64,000 nucleotides of DNA, from NCBI GenBank assembly GCA_949297275.1, contig CASFQR010000001.1, positions 93 to 64,092 on the forward strand, read 5' to 3'. The DNA is from an uncultured bacterium (GTDB lineage: Bacteria; Bacillota_I; Bacilli_A; RFN20; CAG-826). Shown one piece after another: positions 1 through 9,163 of this stretch; the stretch's first letter is position 1, and each line of letters starts with the position of its first letter. A program made the position numbers and the translations under genes. Under the pieces are notes generated by a model that saw nothing but the letters and a program-made list of their open reading frames with translations, ran no database searches and was not told the DNA's origin.

Positions 1-214
1 ATTGACATTTAAAAATAGACCTTGAGTAAATTAGACAGTAATCTAGGTAAAGTCTCTTTTCATATTATTACCACAAATTCGCAACATCTTATCGAAATGA
101 TTGTTTCCAAAACAATGTGATTATTAACAAAAGGCTACTAAGCGAAAATAATTAAAAAGATATCTTAAAAAGATATGTTATTGTCAATATATCTTGCTAA
201 AATAATAAAGATTT

Positions 215-1726
215 ATGAAAACCAATATTCATGTAAATGTCTTAATAAATATCATCCGTACGGCAACTTTATTAATTCTTTCTTTTATTACATTTCCTTA
301 TGTTTGCCGGGTGCTAGGGGACACTAATTTGGGGATATATACTTGGGCGAATTCTTTTGTTTATTATTTTTTAATTTTAGCGAGAATCTCTATTCCAAAT
401 ATTGCCACTAGAGAAATAGTAAAGGTTAAAGATAATCCTAAATTGTTATCGCAAAAAACCCAAGAATTTTTTATCATCCAAGCCGTCACTACTTTATTAT
501 CGTTTGCTATTGAATGTTTAATTTTATTTACTGTTCCTTTATTTAAAGAAAACCAAGGAACAGTTTATGATTATCAAGCAATTATTTTAATTTTAAGTAT
601 TAATTTTCTCGCTGGTGTTTTCTCTTTTGAATGGATATATACTGCCTTAGAGAAACATTTATACACAGCGATTCGCTCAATGATTATTTTAAGTATCGTT
701 GATACAATAATCTTTGTCGCAATTCGTTATCCTGAAAGCATCGCGTTATATGCCGCCTGCACCATTTCAGTAACAATTTTAACGGTAGTTTCTAACTTAA
801 TCTATCTACCAAAATTAGTAAAATTTTATAAAGTTGAACGCTATAATTTTAAACAATATTTTCGGCCAATATTTATCTTATTTTTAATTACTTTAATTAT
901 TGCTCTATATGAAAAAAGCGACACCTTCGTCTTAGGATTTTTAGATGAAAGCAAAAGCAGCGTCGGTGATTACGCGGTCGGAATTAAAGGCATTGAAATA
1001 ATTATTGGTATTATAACTGCTTTAAGTGGGGTTTTTATGCCGCGTGCGACTTATTATGTTAGTAAAAAAGACCAGCAAAACTTCATTAATTTAACTAAAT
1101 ACTCCGCAAATATTGCTTTTTTCATTGTTGTGCCTGCGATTGCTTCAATGTGCGGAATGGCAGAGCCAATTACTTCTTTAATTTCTGGATCGTACGCAAG
1201 TGAGGGGTTTTTAGAAGCGAGCAATGTTTTAATTGCTTTAAGTAGCATGATGCTAACTTATTCCTTATCTAATATTTTATACACTCAAGTTTTAATCCCT
1301 CTAAAGAAGGAAAAATATTATTTATATGCCTTAAGCGTGGGAGTCACTTTAGATATTCTCTTATCCGTTTTATTTGGTTTATTGGTCTTTAAAGATTCTC
1401 CGGCGTTAGGTGTTGCCCTAGCAACTGCCATTAGCGATTTCATCGTCTTAATTATCTTATTATTCTTAGTCCAAAAAGAAATTAAATTAACAATTTTGTC
1501 TTGGAATAATTTAAAGATAATTGCTGGCGGAATTATTGTCTTCCTTTTAGCGTATTTCCTTGGACCCTATATTCAAGAAGTCTTATTTATTTATACTGGC
1601 GATGTCCTTTCGCGCGTCTTTGAATTAATTACCATTGTGATTTTAGGTGGCATAATTTATGTTTTATTCTTAATTTTAACTAAAGAAAATTTAATTCGTT
1701 CAATGTTAAAATTAGATCGTCATTAA
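215..1726 (+). CDS. Polytopic membrane protein, MOP/Wzx-type polysaccharide (oligosaccharide) flippase-like
   Basis: 503-aa ORF made almost entirely of hydrophobic helices. The N-terminus and layout resemble 'polysaccharide biosynthesis protein' flippases. No catalytic motif is available to sharpen the call. Confidence 0.5.
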   Translation: MKTNIHVNVLINIIRTATLLILSFITFPYVCRVLGDTNLGIYTWANSFVYYFLILARISIPNIATREIVKVKDNPKLLSQKTQEFFIIQAVTTLLSFAIECLILFTVPLFKENQGTVYDYQAIILILSINFLAGVFSFEWIYTALEKHLYTAIRSMIILSIVDTIIFVAIRYPESIALYAACTISVTILTVVSNLIYLPKLVKFYKVERYNFKQYFRPIFILFLITLIIALYEKSDTFVLGFLDESKSSVGDYAVGIKGIEIIIGIITALSGVFMPRATYYVSKKDQQNFINLTKYSANIAFFIVVPAIASMCGMAEPITSLISGSYASEGFLEASNVLIALSSMMLTYSLSNILYTQVLIPLKKEKYYLYALSVGVTLDILLSVLFGLLVFKDSPALGVALATAISDFIVLIILLFLVQKEIKLTILSWNNLKIIAGGIIVFLLAYFLGPYIQEVLFIYTGDVLSRVFELITIVILGGIIYVLFLILTKENLIRSMLKLDRH

Positions 1727-2385
1727 TCTTTAAATTTATCTAATAATAAGCAAGTTGTTTGATACACTAAGTCGTGAATTGAATAAATTAAATAATGAAC
1801 ATCAGCCAGCTTCATTGCCTCGATTTGTTTTGTAGTCGTATAGCAATATGGATAAATACCAAAAATAAATGGGAAGAAAGAATAAATAAAACTATTGATA
1901 TCCTCTATGGTTGCTGCTGGAAAGAATTTATGAATTAATTGTTCCATTATTAGAAGAGCTTCTTTATAAGCTTTTTTAAAGGCAATAAGATTTTCTAAGC
2001 GACTATTTTCTTCCATATCATAATGGTTCATTGCTAATAACTTTAAAAGTAAAATACGCTTATTTAAACTACTAGCAATTAAATCCGCGAAATGGCATAG
2101 ATCTAAAGTAGAATAACTTTGCAAAATATCATGTAAATCCTTTACCCAATAACGATATTCTCTTTCTAAAAGGGCTAAGAATATTTCTTCTTTGGAATGA
2201 AAATAATTATAAATTGAAGTACGGGTAAAAGAAGTCTCTTTCGCAATATCTAAAAGCGTAATATCTTTAAAAGATTTAGCTTGATATAAAAGCGCGCAGG
2301 CATTAATAATTTCATCTGAACGCGAAGAAATTCTCTCCTTATTTCGTATCTTCATAGCGTTATAAATATAATAATTTTTTGACAC
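1723..2385 (-). CDS. TetR/AcrR-family transcriptional regulator
   Basis: N-terminal HTH 'ITLLDIAKETSFTRTSIYNYFHSKEEIF' is the classic TetR_N signature. The 220-aa size and helical C-terminal ligand domain fit. Confidence 0.8.
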   Translation of the reverse strand: MSKNYYIYNAMKIRNKERISSRSDEIINACALLYQAKSFKDITLLDIAKETSFTRTSIYNYFHSKEEIFLALLEREYRYWVKDLHDILQSYSTLDLCHFADLIASSLNKRILLLKLLAMNHYDMEENSRLENLIAFKKAYKEALLIMEQLIHKFFPAATIEDINSFIYSFFPFIFGIYPYCYTTTKQIEAMKLADVHYLIYSIHDLVYQTTCLLLDKFKD

Positions 2386-2399
2386 AAAGTCAAAGTAAT

Positions 2400-2420
2400 A
2401 AAAAAGGCCAATAAGGCCTT
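2400..2420 (-). terminator. Rho-independent terminator downstream of the LRR protein gene
   Basis: Arms AAGGCC (2404-2409) and GGCCTT (2415-2420) with a 5-nt loop. On the minus strand the hairpin is followed by a U-run (plus-strand A-run 2400-2403 and beyond). Confidence 0.6.
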
Positions 2421-2446
2421 AATTATTTAAAGATAGAATTTTATTT

Positions 2447-4660
2447 TTAGGCAATTGGGAAAATAATTTCACTAAAGGTTGACCAATTAGAGGCACTCTT
2501 ATAACTATCAACTAAGTCGCTAGGGACATAAATGGCCCCACTATTAGAGGTAATAAGCGTTTCGTTAAAGGCATTAACATCGCGTAAAGTTACTACGCGG
2601 TCATTATTTAAGGTCAAACTATTTAAATGCGTCATACCATTAAAAGCATTCGCATTAATTGTTGAGATGCTTTCAGGTAACACTAAGGCGTCAATTAGGG
2701 TGCCATTAAAGGTATTCGCATTAATTGTGGTAAAAGTAATTGGAGCATTCGCACTAAAATTAAAATTACTTAAAGAGGAGCAACCATTAAACGCTCCTTC
2801 ACCTAAAGCACGCACAGTCGCTGGTAAATTAAAAGTCACTAGGGAAGTGCAACTATCAAAAGCACTCGCTCCGATGGTTGTTAAACGCGAATCTTCTGTA
2901 AAATTAACATTAACCAAAGAAGGACAACCCATAAAAGCTTCGCGAGCAATTTCCCCAACATAAGAAGGAATATCGATAGTTGTTAAATTTGAGCAGCCTT
3001 TAAAGGAGGCAATACTAATAATAAAGGTGGAGGAAGTAACTGGTAATTTAACATTAGTGAGATTCAAACAATTTTCAAAGCAATTAGTCCCAATTGAGCG
3101 AACATTATCAGGAATGATAATTTCACTAATGGAAGTGCCACTAAAAGCCGAAGAACCAATCGCGGTAATACTATTTTCCGCATGGAAATTTACTTCAACT
3201 AGAGTTGAAACATTACTAGCAAAACCACCAGGAACAAAGGTCATTAATTGACCAAAATTTACTACTGAAATTGCTGTCCCAACAAACGAGCTCGAATTAC
3301 CACTAGAAGAGCCAAATGATGTCAAAGTTGATGGGAAAGTAACTTCATTTAAATTGCTAATCACTTGATTAGAGCCATCAACTAAAAGAATTTCTTTAAA
3401 TTTGGGTGAATTCATTAAAATTTGGTTACCAGCAGTATATAAGCCATATTTAACGCTATCAAGATTAGCGACATTTGCATCAAGTAAATAAATTGTTTCT
3501 AACAATGGACAATTAGCAAAAGCACTTTGAGCGATATTTCTAACTGCAAAAGGCACATGAAATTCACTAATATTTGTGCCCATAAAACTTGAAGCCCCAA
3601 TTGAAGTTATTTTACTATCAGTGCTATTTTCATTATTAACAAAACTAACTTCCGTTAAAGCAGTGCAACCATTAAATAAATTTGCAGAGATCGCCGTAAG
3701 GTTTTGCGGGAAAACGAAACCTTCTAGATGAGGAGAATCTCTAAACGCTCCTTCGCCAATAAATGTTAAATTATCACCAAAAGTTAAGGTGCCATTTAAA
3801 GCAGTATTTTGGAAGGCATTCGCCCCGATTGAAACTAAAGAAGAAGGGAAACTAACATTACTTAAAGAGGAGCAATTAGCAAAAGCAGATTCACCAATTG
3901 AAGTAACATTATCACCCAAAATAACCGTTTCTAAATTAATACAATTTTGAAAAACATTATTGACTACATTATTAAAAGTATCAGGGTAATCAACATAAAC
4001 TAAACCATCTTGATTAGCAAAGACACCATCGGACATATAAGGTGTTTGATAGAGCGGAATTACTAAGTTATATTCTTCGCTCGCGCTTAAAAATTGATAA
4101 GTCTCTTCACTACCCGCAATCGCTGTATTTTCAGGTAATAAACCTTTATAAGAATATAAGAAATTACCAATGCGAACTTCACCTTCAGGTTGTTCATTTA
4201 ACCACGCAGTACCATAAAAAGCATTTAAGCCAATGTTAGTTAAACTAGAAGGTACATTAAAACTTTTTAAATTTTGACAATTAGAGAAAGCATTTTCCCC
4301 AATAGTTATTAAAGAATTAGGCAATTGCACTGATTCAATTTGATGCAAACCAGCAAAAGCACTCGCAGCAATTTCTTTAACGGGTAAACCATCAATGACA
4401 TTAGGGATGCGGAAATGGGAAGGTAAATCTTCACTATTTTCTACTCGTTCAATCGTAATACCAGCATCAGGATCATCAATATTAGTAGAATATTCTAAAA
4501 ATTCGATATTCATTCTTTCGATAAAAACTCGCGAAATTAGAAAATAAGCACCAGTAGCTAAACCAGCAACTGCCAAGGCTAAAGATGAAAAAACAACACC
4601 ATAAAAAATTCTTTTCTTTTTCTTGTTTTCAACTTTTGGTGCTTGTTCAATATATTCCAT
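2447..4660 (-). CDS. BspA-type leucine-rich-repeat cell-surface protein with N-terminal membrane anchor
   Basis: The N-terminal TM segment is 'IFYGVVFSSLALAVAGLATGAYFLI'. More than 15 degenerate ~23-25-aa repeats follow, of the form 'L..V.IP.S(L/V)T.IG..AF..C..L'. Confidence 0.8.
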   Translation of the reverse strand: MEYIEQAPKVENKKKKRIFYGVVFSSLALAVAGLATGAYFLISRVFIERMNIEFLEYSTNIDDPDAGITIERVENSEDLPSHFRIPNVIDGLPVKEIAASAFAGLHQIESVQLPNSLITIGENAFSNCQNLKSFNVPSSLTNIGLNAFYGTAWLNEQPEGEVRIGNFLYSYKGLLPENTAIAGSEETYQFLSASEEYNLVIPLYQTPYMSDGVFANQDGLVYVDYPDTFNNVVNNVFQNCINLETVILGDNVTSIGESAFANCSSLSNVSFPSSLVSIGANAFQNTALNGTLTFGDNLTFIGEGAFRDSPHLEGFVFPQNLTAISANLFNGCTALTEVSFVNNENSTDSKITSIGASSFMGTNISEFHVPFAVRNIAQSAFANCPLLETIYLLDANVANLDSVKYGLYTAGNQILMNSPKFKEILLVDGSNQVISNLNEVTFPSTLTSFGSSSGNSSSFVGTAISVVNFGQLMTFVPGGFASNVSTLVEVNFHAENSITAIGSSAFSGTSISEIIIPDNVRSIGTNCFENCLNLTNVKLPVTSSTFIISIASFKGCSNLTTIDIPSYVGEIAREAFMGCPSLVNVNFTEDSRLTTIGASAFDSCTSLVTFNLPATVRALGEGAFNGCSSLSNFNFSANAPITFTTINANTFNGTLIDALVLPESISTINANAFNGMTHLNSLTLNNDRVVTLRDVNAFNETLITSNSGAIYVPSDLVDSYKSASNWSTFSEIIFPIA

Positions 4661-5784
4661 TATTTTTTATTTTTCCTTTCTTTAGCGAGTAATTTTTTAT
4701 ATTTTTCTAATTCCGTTTTATTCGCCCGGACATAATGTCCAGGTTCCACTTCATAAAAGGCCGGTAAATCATCATAACGATAATGATGCATTCGTGGATC
4801 ATAGGTAATAATCTTTTTATTTTTTTCTTCCTTCGGATCAGGAATCGGCACCGCTGATAAAAGCGATTTAGTATAAGGATGGAAAGGCATTTCAAATAAA
4901 CGATTAGCCTCCGCTAATTCAACTAAACGGCCATCATAAATAACCCCAATACGATCAGAAATATATTTTACTACCGATAAATCGTGAGCAATAAATAAGA
5001 CCGTCATCTTCTTTTCAATTTGGAATTTTTTAATTAAATTAAGTACTTGCGCTCTAATCGATACATCTAAGGCAGAAATAGGTTCGTCCGCTACCACCAT
5101 TTCAGGATTCATAATCATACAACGCGCGATGCCAATGCGTTGTCTTTGACCACCAGAGAATTCATGGGGATATCGTCTTAAATGTTCTGGGCGTAAGCCA
5201 ACTTCTTGTAATGTCTTTTCCACTTTATCAAGGCGATCTTCTTCACCATCATACATGTGGAAAGCGCGGATTCCTTCGGAAATAATATAGTCAACATTTG
5301 CCCGATCATTTAACGAAGCGCTCGGATCTTGGAAAATCATTTGTATCTTCGTTTTTAATTCGCGTTGAGTTAAACGCGGAATCTTGCCAGAAATCCGGTG
5401 ACCATTAAAAAGAATCTCACCGCTTTTAATTGGAATCATGCGCATAATCGTGCGACCAACAGTCGTTTTACCAGAACCTGATTCACCTACTAAACCAAAG
5501 ATTTCTCCTCTTTTAATATCTAAGGTAAAATCATCGACGACAACACGTTCATCCATCCCGCGTTTATAAGCAATTTTGACATTGCGCATTGAAATAATAT
5601 TATCTTCATAACCAGGAACAATCTTATCTAAAGATTTATCTTCTGGAACATGCAGTTCCCGGCGTTTATTGATAAAATTCGTTAATTTATTAGCGGTTTT
5701 CTTCACTGAAACGCCTAAACTTTTTTTATTGTCATTTTGTTCAGGGAAGTGATTATATTTATCATTCGTCTTCATCATTATCAC
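4660..5784 (-). CDS. oppF: Oligopeptide ABC transporter ATP-binding protein OppF
   Basis: Walker A 'GESGSGKTT', signature 'FSGGQRQRIGIARC', Walker B 'VVADEPISALD'. It is the last gene of the oppABCDF order and has the C-terminal oligopeptide/dipeptide extension. Confidence 0.85.
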   Translation of the reverse strand: MIMMKTNDKYNHFPEQNDNKKSLGVSVKKTANKLTNFINKRRELHVPEDKSLDKIVPGYEDNIISMRNVKIAYKRGMDERVVVDDFTLDIKRGEIFGLVGESGSGKTTVGRTIMRMIPIKSGEILFNGHRISGKIPRLTQRELKTKIQMIFQDPSASLNDRANVDYIISEGIRAFHMYDGEEDRLDKVEKTLQEVGLRPEHLRRYPHEFSGGQRQRIGIARCMIMNPEMVVADEPISALDVSIRAQVLNLIKKFQIEKKMTVLFIAHDLSVVKYISDRIGVIYDGRLVELAEANRLFEMPFHPYTKSLLSAVPIPDPKEEKNKKIITYDPRMHHYRYDDLPAFYEVEPGHYVRANKTELEKYKKLLAKERKNKK

Positions 5785-6886
5785 CTACTTCCCGTTTAAG
5801 TTCTTGGGCTGCAATTTTCATTCTTTGACGTAAATTTTGGATTATTGCAGGTTTTTTGACTTTAGGCGCGCGTTCATCCAGGAGCCAAGTTTTTGCAAAA
5901 TGCGTTTCAGAAACTTGAAACATTGGTGGCTCTTTAACATAATCAATCTTCATCGCATAATCGCTACGAATGGCAAAGGCATCACCAATAATTTCTTCAT
6001 TAAAAGATGGGGGATTGCCTTTAATATATAGTAATGGCTCATCTTTCGATCCTAATTGCGGCAAGCTTGATAAAAGCGCCCAAGTGTAAGGATGACGCGG
6101 ATCATAGAAAATATCTTCCGCGGTCCCATATTCAACAATTTGACCTCCATACATAACCGCAATGCGGTCAGCCACATTAGCAACGACACCTAAGTCATGC
6201 GTAATAAAGATGGTTGTCCATTTATATTCTGCTTGTAATTCTTTAATTAATTGAAGAATCTGCGCTTGCACAGTCACATCTAAAGCGGTTGTTGGTTCAT
6301 CGCAGATTAAGATTTCAGGATGGCACGCTAAAGCGATGGCAATAACAACTCTTTGACGCATCCCACCACTATATTGGAAAGGATAATCTTTCATGCGCTT
6401 TTCTGGATCAGGAATGCGAACTTTTCTTAATAAATTCAAAGCTTCTTGATGAGCGGCTTTCTCGCTCATATGGTGATGAATCTTTAAGACTTCTTTAATT
6501 TGATAACCAATCGTAAATAAAGGATTTAAAGAAGTCATTGGATCTTGGAAAATAGTTGCAATCTTTTTGCCGCGAATCCCAACCCATTCTTTTGGTTTTT
6601 TCTTTAAGGCTAAATCTTCATTATGGAACATGATCGAACCACTAGAAATAAAACCATTCGCATCAAGCATCCCGGTAAATGTTTTGGTAAAAACAGATTT
6701 ACCTGAGCCAGATTCACCAACGATTGCTATGGTTTCACCTTGATAAACATCTAAAGAGATGTTACGAATAACATTCATTCTTTTACCGTGACTAATAAAG
6801 CCAACCGAGAGATTTTTAACTTCAAGAATCTTTTCTTTTTCCGCCATTTTTTCTCTCCTAACGATGGTTTTTCGGATCGGTTGCAT
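5762..6886 (-). CDS. oppD: Oligopeptide ABC transporter ATP-binding protein OppD
   Basis: Walker A 'GESGSGKS', signature '[15 protein letters not shown]', Walker B '[12 protein letters not shown]'. It overlaps its neighbours as expected within an operon. Confidence 0.85.
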   Translation of the reverse strand: MQPIRKTIVRREKMAEKEKILEVKNLSVGFISHGKRMNVIRNISLDVYQGETIAIVGESGSGKSVFTKTFTGMLDANGFISSGSIMFHNEDLALKKKPKEWVGIRGKKIATIFQDPMTSLNPLFTIGYQIKEVLKIHHHMSEKAAHQEALNLLRKVRIPDPEKRMKDYPFQYSGGMRQRVVIAIALACHPEILICDEPTTALDVTVQAQILQLIKELQAEYKWTTIFITHDLGVVANVADRIAVMYGGQIVEYGTAEDIFYDPRHPYTWALLSSLPQLGSKDEPLLYIKGNPPSFNEEIIGDAFAIRSDYAMKIDYVKEPPMFQVSETHFAKTWLLDERAPKVKKPAIIQNLRQRMKIAAQELKREVGDNDEDE

Positions 6887-7847
6887 CCGCTAAAACTAAG
6901 CCAATATAAAAGAATGAAACAGTTAGGGGCACTAAGACAATTAACGGGGCCAGTAGTAAGAAAGGATAAGTAATCCATTCGTCTTCAGTTGCTGCCGTTA
7001 ATAATTGCCCTAAAGTAATATCCCCATTAGCGGGCGAAAAAGATAAGCCAAAGAAGGCTAAACCAACTTCACTAGATATCGCTGCTGGGATCGCTGTTGA
7101 AACAACTGTAACAATAACTGAAATTAAATAAGGCAATAAATTATGTAAAATCATCGTGCCACTACTTGAACCTAACGATTTAGAAGCGATGTTATATTCG
7201 CGGTTACGAATAATAATAATTTGATTACGCATAAAGCCCGCTAAACCGAGCCAACCAAACATACATAATAAGAAAACAATCACACCAAAACTTGGTTCAA
7301 GGAATTGCATTAATAAGAAATAAAGTAATAAGGATGGAACATTAGAAATAAAATTACGAATCTCTAACATGATTGGATCTAAGCGGCGGAAATATCCCCA
7401 TAAAGAACCAATAACGATACCTAAAACAGTATCAATCAAGGCAACAACAGTCCCTAAAAGTAAAGATAATCTTGAACCTACCCAAACGCAGGTCCATAAA
7501 TCTAAACCGCGGAAGAAGCCCATTCTTGATCCACCCGTCCCAAACCAGTTATTCGCATTAGGGGCTAGTTGCGATTCAAAAACAATCGCACTTTCGGTTT
7601 CGGTTGATAAATAAGGATAAGATTTAATGACTGGCCCAAAGATAGTTAAGAAAATAATGATAAATAAAAGGGCTAAACAAACGAAGGTTAAAGGCTTTTT
7701 AAATAATTGTTTAAAAGTCTCTCGCCAATAAGAATAAGGAGCGGTCGATAAGCGTTCAATATTTTCTTCGCTTGCGCCAATAACCGTAAAAAGGTCTTCG
7801 ACATTATGATAGGCAACTGAATCAATATCGCGAATTGAATTTTCCAT
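6858..7847 (-). CDS. oppC: Oligopeptide ABC transporter permease OppC
   Basis: Polytopic BPD-transporter-type permease at the third position of the opp operon. Confidence 0.8.
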   Translation of the reverse strand: MENSIRDIDSVAYHNVEDLFTVIGASEENIERLSTAPYSYWRETFKQLFKKPLTFVCLALLFIIIFLTIFGPVIKSYPYLSTETESAIVFESQLAPNANNWFGTGGSRMGFFRGLDLWTCVWVGSRLSLLLGTVVALIDTVLGIVIGSLWGYFRRLDPIMLEIRNFISNVPSLLLYFLLMQFLEPSFGVIVFLLCMFGWLGLAGFMRNQIIIIRNREYNIASKSLGSSSGTMILHNLLPYLISVIVTVVSTAIPAAISSEVGLAFFGLSFSPANGDITLGQLLTAATEDEWITYPFLLLAPLIVLVPLTVSFFYIGLVLADATDPKNHR

Positions 7848-7862
7848 TTTCTTCCTCCTTCC

Positions 7863-9062
7863 TTATTCACTTTCCGATGATAATTGAATACGCGGATCAA
7901 TGATCGCTGTGACAATATCACCTAATAAATATGAGCAGATCGAAATAAGGGCAGTGACGATGATAATACCTTGTAAAACATAGAAATCATTCGCGGTATT
8001 AGCCTGCACTAAAAGGCCACCGACACCATCGATCGCATAAATCTTTTCAATGTAGAATGAACCGAGTAATGCTCCTAAAACAGCACTAGGAATTGATCTA
8101 ACTAAAGGTACGATAGCGTTACGCAAAATATGGGTATACATAATCCGGTTTTCTGATAAACCCTTAGCCCGCGCGAATTTAACATAATCAGAATTAAATT
8201 CATCTAACATATATCTTCTAACCCATAAAGCAATACCAGCCATCCCCGTAAAGCCCATCGTCAAAGAAGGGGCTAAATAAGATAAGAAATTATCGGGACT
8301 AAAGACGGTTGGTAAAGCAATCGCAGAAAATAACCACATCCATAAATAGTAATAAGCAACGCCAGGAATCGCATCGATTGAGATAATATAAGCTTTACCA
8401 ATCTTATCAAAGACACCATCTTTATATTTGGCCATTAAGATACCAGCGGGATAACCTAACACTAATTGGACAACAACAGCAATAATACCAATTTGGAAAG
8501 AAACACCCATCTTAGAAATAATCACATCAGAAACATATTGATTAGTTGAACCAGGAAGGAAATAAACGCGTCCTAAATTCATAATCATCGTGCGGCAATC
8601 ATAAGTGACAATCTCATAGACAATATCGCCATTTGCAAGAACAGTTTGGGTGTAATCATTTAAACAAACAGTTTTTGGAAAGGGCAATATATTGTAATAA
8701 TAATTCATTAAATCGCTAAACCAGTTTTCCGAGAAACCTAAATCCGCTAATAAACGCGTGCATTGTTGTTCGCGAACTGCTGGATCCATGTGCGCCCAAG
8801 CTTCAATCGCAGTTTGACAAATTTGTTGCGGATTATCATCAACTTTAAATTTAATTAAGAAAAAGGTGGCAGTGACCGCTAAAAGGATGGAAATAAGAGC
8901 GCTACCAACCCGGCGAAGAGAATATCTAAGTAAAGGATGGCCAAAGATTCTTTGGACCGTGGCATTATATTTAAAAATGACGCGGTGGCTAACTAATTCA
9001 ATAAAGATAACAGCTACCACAACAATAAATATAAGTGAATATCCGATGATATAAGTAGCCAT
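7863..9062 (-). CDS. oppB: Oligopeptide ABC transporter permease OppB (with large extracytoplasmic insertion)
   Basis: Polytopic permease whose C-terminal half includes 'FARAKGLSENRIMYTHILRNA' (EAA-like loop). It sits between oppA and oppC. Confidence 0.8.
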   Translation of the reverse strand: MATYIIGYSLIFIVVVAVIFIELVSHRVIFKYNATVQRIFGHPLLRYSLRRVGSALISILLAVTATFFLIKFKVDDNPQQICQTAIEAWAHMDPAVREQQCTRLLADLGFSENWFSDLMNYYYNILPFPKTVCLNDYTQTVLANGDIVYEIVTYDCRTMIMNLGRVYFLPGSTNQYVSDVIISKMGVSFQIGIIAVVVQLVLGYPAGILMAKYKDGVFDKIGKAYIISIDAIPGVAYYYLWMWLFSAIALPTVFSPDNFLSYLAPSLTMGFTGMAGIALWVRRYMLDEFNSDYVKFARAKGLSENRIMYTHILRNAIVPLVRSIPSAVLGALLGSFYIEKIYAIDGVGGLLVQANTANDFYVLQGIIIVTALISICSYLLGDIVTAIIDPRIQLSSESE

Positions 9063-9098
9063 ATTTCCTCCTTTACTTTTTAAAGTCTAATCGGTGAT

Positions 9099-9139
9099 AA
9101 AGTCAGGGTCAAGCCTTAGTGGCAAATAACCCTGACTTT
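9099..9139 (-). promoter_or_regulatory. Intra-operon stem-loop between oppA and oppB (possible attenuator or mRNA stabiliser)
   Basis: Perfect 11-bp arms AAAGTCAGGGT (9099-9109) and ACCCTGACTTT (9129-9139) with a 19-nt loop. No convincing U-run follows on the minus strand. Confidence 0.4.
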
Positions 9140-9163
9140 ATTTAAACTAATTATTAATAATGA

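Noticed and set aside
2532-4239. Plus-strand ORFs 2532-2963, 3027-3251 and 4042-4239 inside the LRR protein gene
   Set aside because: They are antisense shadows of a long repeat-rich gene. The repeated codon structure keeps the opposite strand open, and none has an RBS or recognisable motif. Other small antisense ORFs in the track (for example 1054-1248, 5837-6031, 7369-7614, 9959-10451, 18067-18324, 28346-28585, 30553-30759, 33798-34416, 40730-41150, 46926-47126, 48580-48844, 56278-56535, 58108-58293, 58987-59307, 60519-60734) were rejected for the same reason.
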